DNA of 64,000 nt, taken from Nitrososphaeria archaeon. Its GTDB lineage: Archaea > Thermoproteota > Nitrososphaeria > JACIWG01. A model generated the notes under the pieces. It made no database searches. It had not been told where the DNA came from and worked only from the letters and a program-made list of their open reading frames with translations. The stretch is taken from the NCBI GenBank assembly GCA_050011875.1, contig JBEKIG010000001.1, positions 32,001-96,000 on the forward strand, written 5' to 3'. A program made the translations under genes and the position numbers. Below are positions 50,177 to 61,093 of the stretch, in pieces; position 1 is the stretch's first letter; the number at the start of each line of letters is the position of its first letter.

Positions 50177-51424
50177 TTATGGAAAGTTGCCTGAAAGTTT
50201 CATCGCTTCAACAACTCTGTTAATGCTCAGGATGAGCGCGGCTGTTCTCATATCGACGTCTTTTGATGATGCAATGTTGTGGACATCAAGGAAGGCTTCG
50301 TGCATCTTCTTTTCTAGACGTTTGTTAACCTCGTCCTCTGTCCAATAAAAGCGAGAAATGTTTTGCACCCATTCAAAGTAGCTCACTAGTACGCCTCCAC
50401 CGTTTGCCAAGATGTCGGGTACAACGAGAACATCCCTGTCAAATAGGATCCTGTCCGCTTCCGGTGTAGTCGGACCATTCGCACCTTCCACGATTATCTT
50501 TGCCTGAACCTTGCCTGCGTTTCCCTTATGTATTTGACCCTCAAGCGCTGATGGAATTAAGATATCACATGAGATTTCTAAGAGTTCTTCATTTGAGATA
50601 CTTTTAGAGCCCGGATAGCCTACTACTGAACCCGTCTTTTCCTTATACTTTAAAACGTCCGACGGATCCAAGCCTTTTTCACAATATATACCACCCCTCG
50701 AATCGCTTACAGCTACGATCTTAGAACCGTACTCTTTAGCTATGATCGCAGCATTTGCACCGACGTTACCAAATCCTTGGACAGCAATTCCTCTTCCAGC
50801 CAAACTTTTTCTAGTCATCTTAGCAGCTTCTTTAGCGATGACCACTGCGCCTCGTGAGGTGGAAGTTGAACGCCCCAACGAACCCCCTAAGGAGATTGGT
50901 TTACCTGTTACAACTGCTGGAACTTGATAGCCTACCATATGACTGTAGGTGTCCATTATCCAAGCCATAGTCTGAGAGTCCGTGTAGACATCTGGTGCAG
51001 GGATATCTACATAAGGACCAATAACAGGAGATATCATCATGGTGTACTTCCTAGTCAGTCTCTCAAGTTCGTCTTTTGACATTTCTTTAGGGTTGCAGGT
51101 TACACCCCCCTTTGCACCACCGTACGGAATGTTCAATACAGAGGTCTTCCACGTCATCCACATGGATAGGGCGCGAACTTCGTTAACGTCTACGGCAGGA
51201 TGATATCTAATACCGCCTTTGAACGGCCCACGCGCGTCGTTATGTTGGATGCGATAGCCTGTAAAAACCTTTACCTGCCCATTATCCATTTTGACTGGGA
51301 AACTCACTTGTAATTCTCTCTTGGGTTTACTTAGCACATCTATGGTAGCTTGGTCAAGGTCGATGTACTTCGCGGCATTCCTCAGCTGTTCTTTTGCAAT
51401 ATCGTACGCGTTCAAAAACTTCAC
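50177..51424 (-). CDS. gdhA: Glutamate dehydrogenase
   Basis: RGPFKGGIRYHP, GGAKGG, PAPDV, QGFGNVG, EGANGP, SYFEW. Confidence 0.96.
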   Translation of the reverse strand: MKFLNAYDIAKEQLRNAAKYIDLDQATIDVLSKPKRELQVSFPVKMDNGQVKVFTGYRIQHNDARGPFKGGIRYHPAVDVNEVRALSMWMTWKTSVLNIPYGGAKGGVTCNPKEMSKDELERLTRKYTMMISPVIGPYVDIPAPDVYTDSQTMAWIMDTYSHMVGYQVPAVVTGKPISLGGSLGRSTSTSRGAVVIAKEAAKMTRKSLAGRGIAVQGFGNVGANAAIIAKEYGSKIVAVSDSRGGIYCEKGLDPSDVLKYKEKTGSVVGYPGSKSISNEELLEISCDILIPSALEGQIHKGNAGKVQAKIIVEGANGPTTPEADRILFDRDVLVVPDILANGGGVLVSYFEWVQNISRFYWTEDEVNKRLEKKMHEAFLDVHNIASSKDVDMRTAALILSINRVVEAMKLSGNFP

Positions 51425-51490
51425 TACGATGAATTTGAAAATGAGCGGTTATAAGTGTTTCTCGCAGGAAGTTTTCTCCTTGTTTATACG

Positions 51491-52150
51491 CTATAGTTTA
51501 CCTATTAGGGGAATGATGTCGGTTAAGCTGGATACAATGTGGTCAGGTCCTTCATTTCTAAGCTTTTCTATTGATGTGAATCCGCCTAATACGACAATAG
51601 TCTTTACCCCAACAATCTTAGATGGCGTAATATCTATGATCCCATCACCTACTGTTACGCATTCCCAAGGTTTCAGCTTAAAAGAATCTAATAGGTAGCG
51701 CACACCAACTGGAGAAGGTTTCATGAATTCTACATCATCACGAGTTAAGATGATGTCGAAAAAGTCGGTGATCTGAAATCTTTTTAAAACAAAATTCGCA
51801 GCCCTTCTACCGCTGTTAGTTAAAAGTGCCAACTTTTTACCGGAATTTCGAAGCTCGCTTAATATGTCAATGGCATCAAGTCTTAGTTCAGTTTTACGCG
51901 CTGCCTCTTCTTCAAAAGAATTAAGAACACTATAAACGCGCTCTCGAACCTTTTCGTAAACAACCTTCTCAGCGGATTCTCTTACCCTATCTAACATCAT
52001 ATGGTAGCTTCCCGAGCCGTCTAAGCCCCCCAGGTCAGGTAGAACTGATTTGATCACCTTTAGCACTTCGATTTTCGAGCCATGGACATCTAAATTAAAT
52101 TCGACTAGTGTCCCATCTAAATCAAAAAAGACGGCTTTAATCATCATCAC
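51491..52150 (-). CDS. HAD hydrolase (phosphoglycolate-phosphatase-like)
   Basis: FDLDGTL, LLTN, KPSP, VGDG..D. Confidence 0.88.
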   Translation of the reverse strand: MMMIKAVFFDLDGTLVEFNLDVHGSKIEVLKVIKSVLPDLGGLDGSGSYHMMLDRVRESAEKVVYEKVRERVYSVLNSFEEEAARKTELRLDAIDILSELRNSGKKLALLTNSGRRAANFVLKRFQITDFFDIILTRDDVEFMKPSPVGVRYLLDSFKLKPWECVTVGDGIIDITPSKIVGVKTIVVLGGFTSIEKLRNEGPDHIVSSLTDIIPLIGKL

Positions 52151-52297
52151 ACATCAGAAGGAAAGACTTAAGAATTTTTAAAAAAAATAATGGTAGCCTA
52201 TTTCTATTCTATATCTATTTAAACACAAGGGTGATTAAAACACTTAACTTAAGAAGATTTATATAAAGAAATTTGGTTAAAGGCATAAGATGAAAAC

Positions 52298-53734
52298 ATG
52301 AGCGGAAAGGTGGATAGCTTAAAATACAAACCCGTTACGCCAAACATTTTATCTAAACTGGAGGAAATAGTCGGCTCAGAGAATCTCTCTATAAGACCTG
52401 AAGAGCTGATCTGTTATGCGCGGGATTCGTCAATATTTGTTTACAAACCTGATGTCGTATTGAGACCTAGGACTACAGAGGAGGTGGCCGCTATCTTGAT
52501 GGTCGCCAATGAAAACCACATACCGGTGACACCTAGAAGTGGTGGGACGAGCGCCGCCGGATCGCCTCTAGCTGTTGGTAAGGGAATCCTTCTCGACATG
52601 TCAGGTATGACCAAGATTATTTCGATCAATATCGATAACCAGATGGTTGTAGTTGAACCCGGAGTCTTATGTGACAACCTGAACGAAGAACTTGCAAAGT
52701 CCGGTTTCTTCTTTCCTCCTGACCCGGCTAGCAGCCAAGCCTGCTCAATAGGAGGAATGGTCAACACAAATGCTTCAGGAAATAGGACAATAAAATATGG
52801 CCCGACTAGAGACTATGTCCTCTGGCTCGAAGTTGTTCTTCCTAATGGTAAAATAATTGAGACAGGTTCAAAAACACTCAAATCCGTATCGTCTTATGAT
52901 TTAACCAGACTATTTGTTGCCTCCGAAGGCTCCTTAGGCGTCGTCACTAAGGTTGCCTTGAAAGTTGTTCCTCTACCGGAAAGCTACTCTACAGCATTCT
53001 TCATTTACGAATCAGTTGACGCCTTAGCGCGCGCAGCCCTGAGAATTAGGAGAGCGGGCATGGTTCCGGAAATGCTTGAATTTATGAGCAGGGCGACGAC
53101 AAAAGTCACCTTCAACTACGTAGGCATAAAGAGCGTGCCAGACGGAAACTTTATGCTGCTGGACTTTGGAGGTGTTCGGGAAGCTGTAGGAGTGCTGTTA
53201 GAGAAGGGGGTGACGCTCTGCAGACAAGAGTCTCCTACCTATTTTGAAACAACAGTAGATCCAGTCTACAGACAGAGTCTTGTGAACGCTAGGAAGGCGG
53301 CCTTCCCTGCACTCGCTAGACTTAAGCCCACTACGGTTATGGAGGACTGTACCGTCCCCCCTACGAGGCTTCCGGAGGTGGCTTCAAGCATCGAAAAGAT
53401 ACCGGAAAAGATAGGTGTCGCTGGATTTGATTTAGGCAATTTCGGTCATATAGGAGACGGTAACATGCATCCAACATTTCTATTTGACTCAAGAATAGAG
53501 GAGCACCGAAAAGCTTTTCTTCGCGCCTTAGACATACTCTACGAGGAAATAGTTTTACCTGTAGGTGGAAGTGTAACAGGGGAGCATGGGATAGGCCTTA
53601 TAAGGGCCAAATATGTTGGCATCGAACATCCATCAACCGTGTCCCTAATGAGAGAATTGAAACGGTTCTTTGACCCAAATCTTATACTTAATCCGGGAAA
53701 GGGGAAGGGAGGCCCCTACCCTATAGATGCATGA
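52298..53734 (+). CDS. glcD: FAD-linked 2-hydroxyacid oxidase subunit (GlcD-like)
   Basis: FPPDPAS, IGGMVNTNASG, SEGSLG, GHIGDGNMH, GEHGIG, LNPGK. Confidence 0.88.
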   Translation: MSGKVDSLKYKPVTPNILSKLEEIVGSENLSIRPEELICYARDSSIFVYKPDVVLRPRTTEEVAAILMVANENHIPVTPRSGGTSAAGSPLAVGKGILLDMSGMTKIISINIDNQMVVVEPGVLCDNLNEELAKSGFFFPPDPASSQACSIGGMVNTNASGNRTIKYGPTRDYVLWLEVVLPNGKIIETGSKTLKSVSSYDLTRLFVASEGSLGVVTKVALKVVPLPESYSTAFFIYESVDALARAALRIRRAGMVPEMLEFMSRATTKVTFNYVGIKSVPDGNFMLLDFGGVREAVGVLLEKGVTLCRQESPTYFETTVDPVYRQSLVNARKAAFPALARLKPTTVMEDCTVPPTRLPEVASSIEKIPEKIGVAGFDLGNFGHIGDGNMHPTFLFDSRIEEHRKAFLRALDILYEEIVLPVGGSVTGEHGIGLIRAKYVGIEHPSTVSLMRELKRFFDPNLILNPGKGKGGPYPIDA

Positions 53735-53746
53735 GATGATGACTAA

Positions 53747-54907
53747 ATGAACGAAAAACCGTATGTTCTGGAGGACTATCGCGAAGACGTCCAAATGTGC
53801 ATGTGCTGCGGCTTGTGCCGGAACCTGTGTTCAACTTCTGACCCGAATGACTGGGAAAGCAACAGTCCTAGAGGAAGAATCCAGATTATAAAAGCCCTAT
53901 TAGACGGGGAAATCCAGGCAAATTCATATATCGCCGACCGAATCTATGGCTGTGCGCTTTGTGGATACTGTCTTTGGCGATGCCCTTCAGGTGTGAGAAC
54001 AGCAGATGCTATAAAGGCGGCCAGGGCGGCTCTTATTGAAAACGGAAGTTACCCGAAAGGTTTGGATAAGTTAGAAGCTGACCTAGTTAAAGACCATAAC
54101 CCCTTTGGCCTATCAGATCTTTCAAGAACGGAATGGGTCAAGCTTATAGGCGCCCGGAATTCGGTCCCACTGAAAGACCAGGCGGAATATGTCTACTTTC
54201 CAGGCTGTAGTACAGCAATGACAAAAGCAGGGATGAAGGTAGCGGCAGCGACAACGTCAATATTGAATTCAGCGCATCTTGACTGGACGATCCTTGGAAA
54301 TGAAGAATGGTGCTGTGGAAGCCCCTTGATTCTTTCTGGTAAAGTTTCTTTTGCCAGAGAATTTGCAGATCATAATGTGAAAGCAGTTAAAAATGCGAAG
54401 GCAACAACGCTGGTTACAAACTGCGCGAAATGCTATCGTACGCTAAGCCAAGAATATCCAAGACTTTTAGGGGACTTAGGGTTCAAGGTCGTCCACATCT
54501 CACAACTCTTGGACAACCTCATCGCTGATGGAAGTCTAAAGCTCAAGGGAAAACTCCAATTAAAGGTAGCTTACCATGATCCCTGTGAACTGGGAAGATA
54601 CATGAAAATTTATGACCAACCGAGGCGCGTATTGAAGGCGATAGATGGTATAGAACTAAAAGAATTTCCAAGAAATAGAAATACATCCGCATGCTGTGGA
54701 GGCGGAGGCGTTCTAAGATATACTAACACCGAAATTGCCCTGAAATTGGGGATCAAAAGATTAAGCGAAATTATGAATTCGGGAGTTGAAGCAATTGTTT
54801 CAGCCTGTCCCACATGCGAAATCAACCTCTCCGATGCAGCAGCTAAAGCACGACCTGGACTTAGGGTACTTGACATAACAGAAGTTGTAGCAGATGTTCT
54901 AGATTAA
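53747..54907 (+). CDS. Fe-S oxidoreductase with CCG domains (GlcF-like)
   Basis: Two CxxCxxCxxxC clusters, SPRGR, WCCG, YHDPC, CCGGGG, ACPTC. Confidence 0.88.
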   Translation: MNEKPYVLEDYREDVQMCMCCGLCRNLCSTSDPNDWESNSPRGRIQIIKALLDGEIQANSYIADRIYGCALCGYCLWRCPSGVRTADAIKAARAALIENGSYPKGLDKLEADLVKDHNPFGLSDLSRTEWVKLIGARNSVPLKDQAEYVYFPGCSTAMTKAGMKVAAATTSILNSAHLDWTILGNEEWCCGSPLILSGKVSFAREFADHNVKAVKNAKATTLVTNCAKCYRTLSQEYPRLLGDLGFKVVHISQLLDNLIADGSLKLKGKLQLKVAYHDPCELGRYMKIYDQPRRVLKAIDGIELKEFPRNRNTSACCGGGGVLRYTNTEIALKLGIKRLSEIMNSGVEAIVSACPTCEINLSDAAAKARPGLRVLDITEVVADVLD

Positions 54908-55043
54908 AGTGAATATGGAACTAACATAACGCAAATCTCTTACACCTTACGTCATTTTACACGCCAATTGCCAACACAAAGTCTTTGGTACTTTTGAGTC
55001 TAGATGGTCCGTTTAGTGATCAACTTTAAAAAGTAGATGGCCG

Positions 55044-55721
55044 TCAATTCTTTTCTAAGGTATCCCCATCTTCAACTGATACTTTAAGAAATTCGTCCAG
55101 TCTCCCATCTGCTTCGCTGATAAAGGACTTTAGCATGTCGCATGAGACAATAGGAACACCGTTAAAGTACTTCTGGTTGGAGGGAAATAGTGTTACGATA
55201 ACCGGAACTAGCACTGTTCCCTTCTTCAAATTTTTATCGCAAGACAGAATAATCTTTGCCCTTGCTATTTGCTTAATCACAGCAGAATTCAGATTAGATG
55301 CGCTGAGAATTTTGTGCCACTGTTTGCAGTCAATAAGTAGCCCATATGAATTTCTTAATGCAAGAATATCGACCTCAATTCTTGGTCTCTTAAGCCTATA
55401 GTTCTTAAAAGTCTTATACCCAAACTCGGAAAAAATCATTTCGACGAAGTTCTCAAAATCCTGCCATCTAATAATGTTGAATACCTCATTGAAAGACGCG
55501 CCTCCCTTTATCGCCTGAATAGCCAAGGAGATAATCGCTCCCTCCTTAGCCACAAAATTCTCCTTACGATCTTCTAAGAAGCCTTGTTCAATAAGTATAC
55601 CCATTACTTCAGACACTGTCTGGTATGGCACACCAGTCTCCTTCGAAATATCGTCTATTGAAAAAGATTCTTTTCTCAAATAAGGTAGTATCTTCAGAAG
55701 AGTCTTGGAATTCATGCACAA
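55044..55721 (-). CDS. wHTH plus Mrr/NERD-like PD-(D/E)xK nuclease domain
   Basis: WQDFENFV, EVDILA, IDCKQW. Confidence 0.78.
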   Translation of the reverse strand: MCMNSKTLLKILPYLRKESFSIDDISKETGVPYQTVSEVMGILIEQGFLEDRKENFVAKEGAIISLAIQAIKGGASFNEVFNIIRWQDFENFVEMIFSEFGYKTFKNYRLKRPRIEVDILALRNSYGLLIDCKQWHKILSASNLNSAVIKQIARAKIILSCDKNLKKGTVLVPVIVTLFPSNQKYFNGVPIVSCDMLKSFISEADGRLDEFLKVSVEDGDTLEKN

Positions 55722-55829
55722 GCAAGTAACTTCCGTTCTGTTTTAATATATTCCTTTAGTTTTTGAAACTTGCACCCACTTCCTTACTATTATAGTGTTA
55801 GCCTTCACATCATCACCATCAAAGAATAT

Positions 55830-56195
55830 TCATAATTCTAAATACTTTGAAAGAAAATAATTAAAAAAACCGTCCATTTTATGAGGCTTCAGGTTAAATT
55901 TTCTCCTCATCATAGAATTGGAGGCATATCTAGCTCCACAGCTTATAGCTATTATTTGATTTTTAGTTAGCTCGTCAAACAATTTCCTTTTTAGGACTCC
56001 CTTTTCCCTGTCAAGTTCAAATCGCTTGTTATTTAGTGTATTTAATTCATCTTCCAGGGATACCTCATCATTCCTTTCCTTATCTAAGATGTTTTTGAGA
56101 TATCCAACTGTTAATTTTTCATATGTAATACCTAGTTTTCGCGATTTTTCTAATATATAAGGAGGAATAGCCAAATCTTTAGACTCGCTTTCCAA
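55830..56195 (-). CDS. Hypothetical coiled-coil protein at the end of the peptide ABC operon
   Basis: 121-aa ORF, 5 bp from the previous gene. Confidence 0.6.
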   Translation of the reverse strand: MESESKDLAIPPYILEKSRKLGITYEKLTVGYLKNILDKERNDEVSLEDELNTLNNKRFELDREKGVLKRKLFDELTKNQIIAISCGARYASNSMMRRKFNLKPHKMDGFFNYFLSKYLEL

Positions 56196-56200
56196 TTACC

Positions 56201-56488
56201 TTATCTTCCTCCCTGATCAGACTCTATCATCTCTTCTTCAGTAGCCAGTTCATTTAGGATGTCTATGACCTTTTGGCGATCTTCAAGCGTCATCGTTATT
56301 TTATGCCTGAGCTCATCTATCTCCTTTAATTCAGATGTTATATCCCTTTTATTAAATGAGTTTATTCGCTTAACTAGGCTCTCTTTAAGCGTCCTTATAT
56401 CCTCGAGTTGATTAAGTAACTGATTTATTTCATACCATTTACTACCAGAAGTCAAGGCTTCTGATCGCCCGCGGCATATAGTAAGCAC
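56201..56488 (-). CDS. Hypothetical coiled-coil protein (start uncertain)
   Basis: Heptad-rich ORF overlapping the end of the ATPase gene. Confidence 0.55.
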   Translation of the reverse strand: MLTICRGRSEALTSGSKWYEINQLLNQLEDIRTLKESLVKRINSFNKRDITSELKEIDELRHKITMTLEDRQKVIDILNELATEEEMIESDQGGR

Positions 56489-57735
56489 GAAACCAGCCTT
56501 CCATCATGCTTATACATTTTAGGTACCTGATATTGCTTGATCTTTAGCTCCGCACCGTTTTCGTATTTCTCCACCCTGTCGATCGCCATCAAGCTCTTCA
56601 TTCTTCCCTTTTCAAGATTTATAATCTCTACTAATTTTTTTTCATCCGCTTTACTTACTATCAAGCTGTTGTTTGTGCTGATGGATACGACGGTCTCATC
56701 GCTGAATTTATCTGCGTATTTATCATAAACTAAAAATATCATATCGACCATTATCTCATCAGTTGTCCATCCGCATATATCAAAGGCCATCGGACACCGA
56801 GGATGAAAGACACAACCAGATGGGGGGTCAACTAGGTTAGGTGTATCTCCCTTTAATATTATTCTGTTTGATTTTATCATCTTGCCAGGAACAGCCGATA
56901 TTAGCGCTATAGTATATGGATGAACTGGGTTCAATATGATGTCCCTCTTGGGGCCACTTTCTACTATCTTTCCCGCATACATGACATTTACCTGATCTGA
57001 CATATATGATATTACAGCTATATTATGGGTTATAATGAGCATCCCTATGTTGTACTTTTCCCTGATCCCGCGCAGAAGGGTTAAAATCTGAGCTTGCACT
57101 GATACATCTAGGGCACTGCTGGGCTCATCCAGCACAATGAACTTCGGTAGAGTCGCTATCCCTCTCGCGATCGCTACCCTCTGCTTTTGACCACCTGAAA
57201 GTTCATGAGGATATCTATATGCAAAATCTTTAGGTAATCCCACTTCATCTAGCAACTGCATGCATCTATCAAACGCTGCGTCGGAATCCATATAGCCGGT
57301 GGCTTGAATTGGCTCCTTTATAACATCCAAGACGTTTAATCGTGGATCTAATGATGAATACGGGTCCTGAAATATGATATTCATATCCTTTCTCATCTCC
57401 CTTAGTTTCTTTCCCTTTTTCAGGAAAATTGAATAATCTTTTTCTATTGCTGCAGCTCGATCGAGTTCTCCATTTTCGATGTAAAAATCGTACTTGGCGA
57501 GGACGTCATCGGATATATTAAATAAGACCACACCATCAGTTGGTTCGAGCAATCTGAGGAGCAATCGTCCCAGCGTACTTTTACCTGAACCGCTTTCGCC
57601 CACCACTCCAACGATCTCGCCCTCCTTGACCTGTATATCGACACCATCTACCGCCTTAAGCCTGAGAGGTTTTCCGAAAACACTATTTCCCTTGATCTCA
57701 AAGTGCTTTACCAGCTTCCTAGCGGCTATTATCAT
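56452..57735 (-). CDS. oppF: Peptide ABC transporter ATP-binding subunit (OppF-like)
   Basis: GESGSGKST, FQDPYSSL, YPHELSGGQ, HPYT, CVFHPRC. Confidence 0.9.
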   Translation of the reverse strand: MIIAARKLVKHFEIKGNSVFGKPLRLKAVDGVDIQVKEGEIVGVVGESGSGKSTLGRLLLRLLEPTDGVVLFNISDDVLAKYDFYIENGELDRAAAIEKDYSIFLKKGKKLREMRKDMNIIFQDPYSSLDPRLNVLDVIKEPIQATGYMDSDAAFDRCMQLLDEVGLPKDFAYRYPHELSGGQKQRVAIARGIATLPKFIVLDEPSSALDVSVQAQILTLLRGIREKYNIGMLIITHNIAVISYMSDQVNVMYAGKIVESGPKRDIILNPVHPYTIALISAVPGKMIKSNRIILKGDTPNLVDPPSGCVFHPRCPMAFDICGWTTDEIMVDMIFLVYDKYADKFSDETVVSISTNNSLIVSKADEKKLVEIINLEKGRMKSLMAIDRVEKYENGAELKIKQYQVPKMYKHDGRLVSCLLYAAGDQKP

Positions 57736-57737
57736 TT

Positions 57738-59090
57738 TTAATCGCCATAAAGATAACAGGCTACTGAATGATCCTGTTCGACTTCCCCCAGATGTGGGTT
57801 TACTATTTTACACTTTTCCATTACGTAAGGACACCGGGGGTTAAACATACACCCATCCGGCGGATCTCTCATATCTGGAACTGCGCCGCTTATGCCCTTT
57901 ATTTCGGTCGTTTGAAAAGTTGGCACGGCAGATATTAGCATAGTGGTATATGGATGAAGCGGTTTCTTGAATATCATGTCAGTTTCCGCCACCTCAACTA
58001 TCCTACCTCCATACATTATGGCTATCCTATCGCACACCTCAGAGAGTACAGAGAGATCGTGTGATATTAGGATGAAGGATGTGTTGAACCGCTGCTTCAA
58101 GTGTCTCATTAATTCTAAAATCTGAGCCTGTACGGTGACATCTAGGGCACTGGTTGGCTCGTCCATTATGACCAGCTCCGGGTTGTTTGCAAGCGCGATA
58201 GCTATTATTATCCTCTGTCTCATCCCACCCGATAGCTCATGGGGGTACATTTTCACAACTTCCTCAGGGTTGGGAACCTCCAACGTTGAAATGAGTTCCA
58301 CCGCTTTCCTGTATCCCTCTTTGAACAGGATTGACTTTGGCAGCCTGCTCAAACCTGGTATCTTCATCCAACCACCCATGCCCCTTCGATCCTTTACTCC
58401 GTTTAGGATAGCCCTTTCAAAACTACCAAGCTTAGTGGATCGAAGTGAAACGATCATTTTTTCCTTCTTAGCTTCACCAAGGTCGCTTCTACTCCAAATA
58501 TTCAGAACCTGTTCTTCTATCCCTTGTAACCCCTTGGACTCAGTGAAAACTCTGATCGCTTTCTCATCTGCCCCATTCTTCAGTAGTTCAAGCATGTCCC
58601 TCAAATCGATATCCGTTACCCTTGATCTAGCGAGCTTCCGTTTAGCGAGCATCTCTGGCTGATGGGTTACAAGTGTCTCAGATATTTGAAAACCTATCCG
58701 TAGGACAGGGTTGAGGCTTGTCATTGGATCTTGGAAGACCATGGAAATCATGCTACCGCGTATGCTGGCCAGTTGTTGGTTCAACTTTTTTATAATGTTT
58801 TCACTTTTTCTGAAATTGAATTTTTTAGAATTTCTTGAAGCGTATTCCCTCAATGGGGCTATTAAATCGCGGCCATTAATCAAGACCTCTCCTTCAATGA
58901 TGGCCGCGTTTCTGGGCACGAGCCCTATGATGGCCAAGCCCAAAGTTGTTTTACCACACCCGCTCTCTCCAGCTAGACCTAATATCTCCCCTTTCTTTAG
59001 TTGGAGGTCTACGCCGTTAAGGGCTTTATATATCCCTCTTCTAGTATAGAATTGCTCTTTAATATTTAGAACGTTTAATGTATATTCCAA
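57738..59090 (-). CDS. oppD: Peptide ABC transporter ATP-binding subunit (OppD-like) with a large insertion
   Basis: GESGCGKTT, FQDPMTSLNP, YPHELSGGM, HPYT, CMFNPRC. Confidence 0.9.
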   Translation of the reverse strand: MEYTLNVLNIKEQFYTRRGIYKALNGVDLQLKKGEILGLAGESGCGKTTLGLAIIGLVPRNAAIIEGEVLINGRDLIAPLREYASRNSKKFNFRKSENIIKKLNQQLASIRGSMISMVFQDPMTSLNPVLRIGFQISETLVTHQPEMLAKRKLARSRVTDIDLRDMLELLKNGADEKAIRVFTESKGLQGIEEQVLNIWSRSDLGEAKKEKMIVSLRSTKLGSFERAILNGVKDRRGMGGWMKIPGLSRLPKSILFKEGYRKAVELISTLEVPNPEEVVKMYPHELSGGMRQRIIIAIALANNPELVIMDEPTSALDVTVQAQILELMRHLKQRFNTSFILISHDLSVLSEVCDRIAIMYGGRIVEVAETDMIFKKPLHPYTTMLISAVPTFQTTEIKGISGAVPDMRDPPDGCMFNPRCPYVMEKCKIVNPHLGEVEQDHSVACYLYGD

Positions 59091-59091
59091 A

Positions 59092-59994
59092 TCAGCTCCT
59101 CCTCCTCGGGTCTATTACGTCCCTCAACCCATCGCCTAATAGGTTAACGGCCAACGCAAAAATAGTAATAACGACCCCTGGAAAGATGACGGCCCAAGGA
59201 GCAATCTGAACGTAGTTGAGACCCAGACTAGTCAGGTAACCCAGTTCAGGCACACTTGCATTTGTTATAAATCCTATGAATGCGAGTGTGGAGAAGATCA
59301 CCATTATGGCTCCCAAGTCCAATGAGATTTGTATAAAAACTGGCGGCAACGAGTTCGGCAATATATGTCTGAATATTATCTTGATCCTGCTAACTCCAGA
59401 TGCCCTTGCAGCTTCAACAAATGTGAATTCCTTGGTAGACAGAGTTGTGCTCCTCGTGTATCTCGCATATATAGGCCACCAGACCAGGGCAAGCGTTAGT
59501 GACATATTCATTAAGGTTCTTCCCAAAATAAACCCTATAGCGAGGGCTAGTATGAGATATGGAATACTGAAGAATATATCGGTTATCCTCATTACTATTT
59601 CATCCATCATACCGCCTATCGCAGCTGAAATAACTCCAATTACTGAACCCACTACAGCGCCCACGCCCACTACTAAGAAGGAATAGAAAAGATCTATCCT
59701 TATAGCCTTTAACGTGCTCGTATATAAATCCACGCCAGGGTACGTGGTGCCAAATGGATGCTGCCATGAAGGTGCAGTAGGAACCGGGTTCAAGAAGTTG
59801 GGGACTAGAGTGTTGGCGTAAGTTATACCTAGCAGCCCTGGATCAATCTGCATAATAAAAGCATCAGCCAGATATACAAGCACTATGATAAGGCCCACCA
59901 CCGCTGCCGTGTTGGCAAAAAATACGCTGAACGACAGTTTGATATTATCCCACCTCCGCGTGTTAACCGTTCCCCCAGACGTTTTCTTTGACAT
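59092..59994 (-). CDS. oppC: Peptide ABC permease (OppC/DppC-like)
   Basis: HPFGT, MRITDIF, FVEAARASG, HILPN, NLLGDGLRD. Confidence 0.92.
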   Translation of the reverse strand: MSKKTSGGTVNTRRWDNIKLSFSVFFANTAAVVGLIIVLVYLADAFIMQIDPGLLGITYANTLVPNFLNPVPTAPSWQHPFGTTYPGVDLYTSTLKAIRIDLFYSFLVVGVGAVVGSVIGVISAAIGGMMDEIVMRITDIFFSIPYLILALAIGFILGRTLMNMSLTLALVWWPIYARYTRSTTLSTKEFTFVEAARASGVSRIKIIFRHILPNSLPPVFIQISLDLGAIMVIFSTLAFIGFITNASVPELGYLTSLGLNYVQIAPWAVIFPGVVITIFALAVNLLGDGLRDVIDPRRRS

Positions 59995-59997
59995 TTT

Positions 59998-61053
59998 TTA
60001 ATATCTAATCCTCGGATCTATAAAAGCGTATATAACGTCGACAACCAAGTTAGCTGCCACTAATATTAAACCGAAAAGTAAAGTAGATGCCATTATCCCG
60101 CCCACATCGCTGTTTAGAAACGCCTGAGTAGTCCAATATCCAATTCCAGGATAACTGAATATTGTTTCCACTACAACAGCACCTCCAAGGAGCCCAGCCA
60201 CTGTTAGCCCAAAGAGAGTTATCATCGGTAGAAGGGCGTTCTTTTGAGCATGAATGTTATTTACAGTTCTCTCTGGTAGACCCTTTGACCTCGCCAGTCT
60301 TATATAGTCTTGATCAAGCACCTCCAGCATAGAGGACCTAAGTATCCTGATTATACTGGCTACTATAGCCAGCGCAAGTGTAAGTGCGGGAAGGATAAAG
60401 TGAAGGAACGCATCAAAAGCGACTCCCCACGCGCCATGAATTAAGGCGTCTATTAAAATTACGTGAGTAGGATAAGAAATTCCGTTTATATACCATGAAA
60501 AAGAAGAAACCAGTGTGGGGGATACAACGCCTGAGAATGGCAGTACCTTAAAATAAACTCCCAACACAATTATGAGGGCAATACCTATCAAATAGATGGG
60601 CATTGCGTAAAGAGTAAATGAACCAACCCGCAGTATGTGATCAGCGGCTGAATCCCTGCTAACTGCTGAATAAATCCCTAAAGGGACGCCTATTATCCAT
60701 ATTAATATCGCTGCAGCTACGGTTAGCACCACCGTATTAGGAAGAAAGAGCTCTATCGCAGCAGTTACTTGGCCGCTGAAGACTGGGGTGTTTGTAAACC
60801 CCCAATTACCCTCCAATACTTGCAAAAGCCAGTAAAAATACTGAACGTATATAGGCTGATTAAGATGGAACTCCGCTGTAAGCTTCTGGACAAGCAGCTG
60901 CCTTGCTGTTCCCGTCAACCTAGGATTGAGATATGTAGCTAGTAATATATTATTCCCACTAAAATGCGAAAGGATAAAAACCAAAAGGGTTAAGCCTAAA
61001 AGCGTCGGTATAAGGAGCAACAATCTCCTGATGATGTAGGCCCATATGTTCAT
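59998..61053 (-). CDS. oppB: Peptide ABC permease (OppB/DppB-like)
   Basis: YIIRRL, RSSMLEVL.QDYIRLARSKG, ETIFSYPGIG, DPRIRY. Confidence 0.92.
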   Translation of the reverse strand: MNIWAYIIRRLLLLIPTLLGLTLLVFILSHFSGNNILLATYLNPRLTGTARQLLVQKLTAEFHLNQPIYVQYFYWLLQVLEGNWGFTNTPVFSGQVTAAIELFLPNTVVLTVAAAILIWIIGVPLGIYSAVSRDSAADHILRVGSFTLYAMPIYLIGIALIIVLGVYFKVLPFSGVVSPTLVSSFSWYINGISYPTHVILIDALIHGAWGVAFDAFLHFILPALTLALAIVASIIRILRSSMLEVLDQDYIRLARSKGLPERTVNNIHAQKNALLPMITLFGLTVAGLLGGAVVVETIFSYPGIGYWTTQAFLNSDVGGIMASTLLFGLILVAANLVVDVIYAFIDPRIRY

Positions 61054-61093
61054 AATTAATCATCCCTAAAAAAATGGAAGTGTTGGTGGTGTA

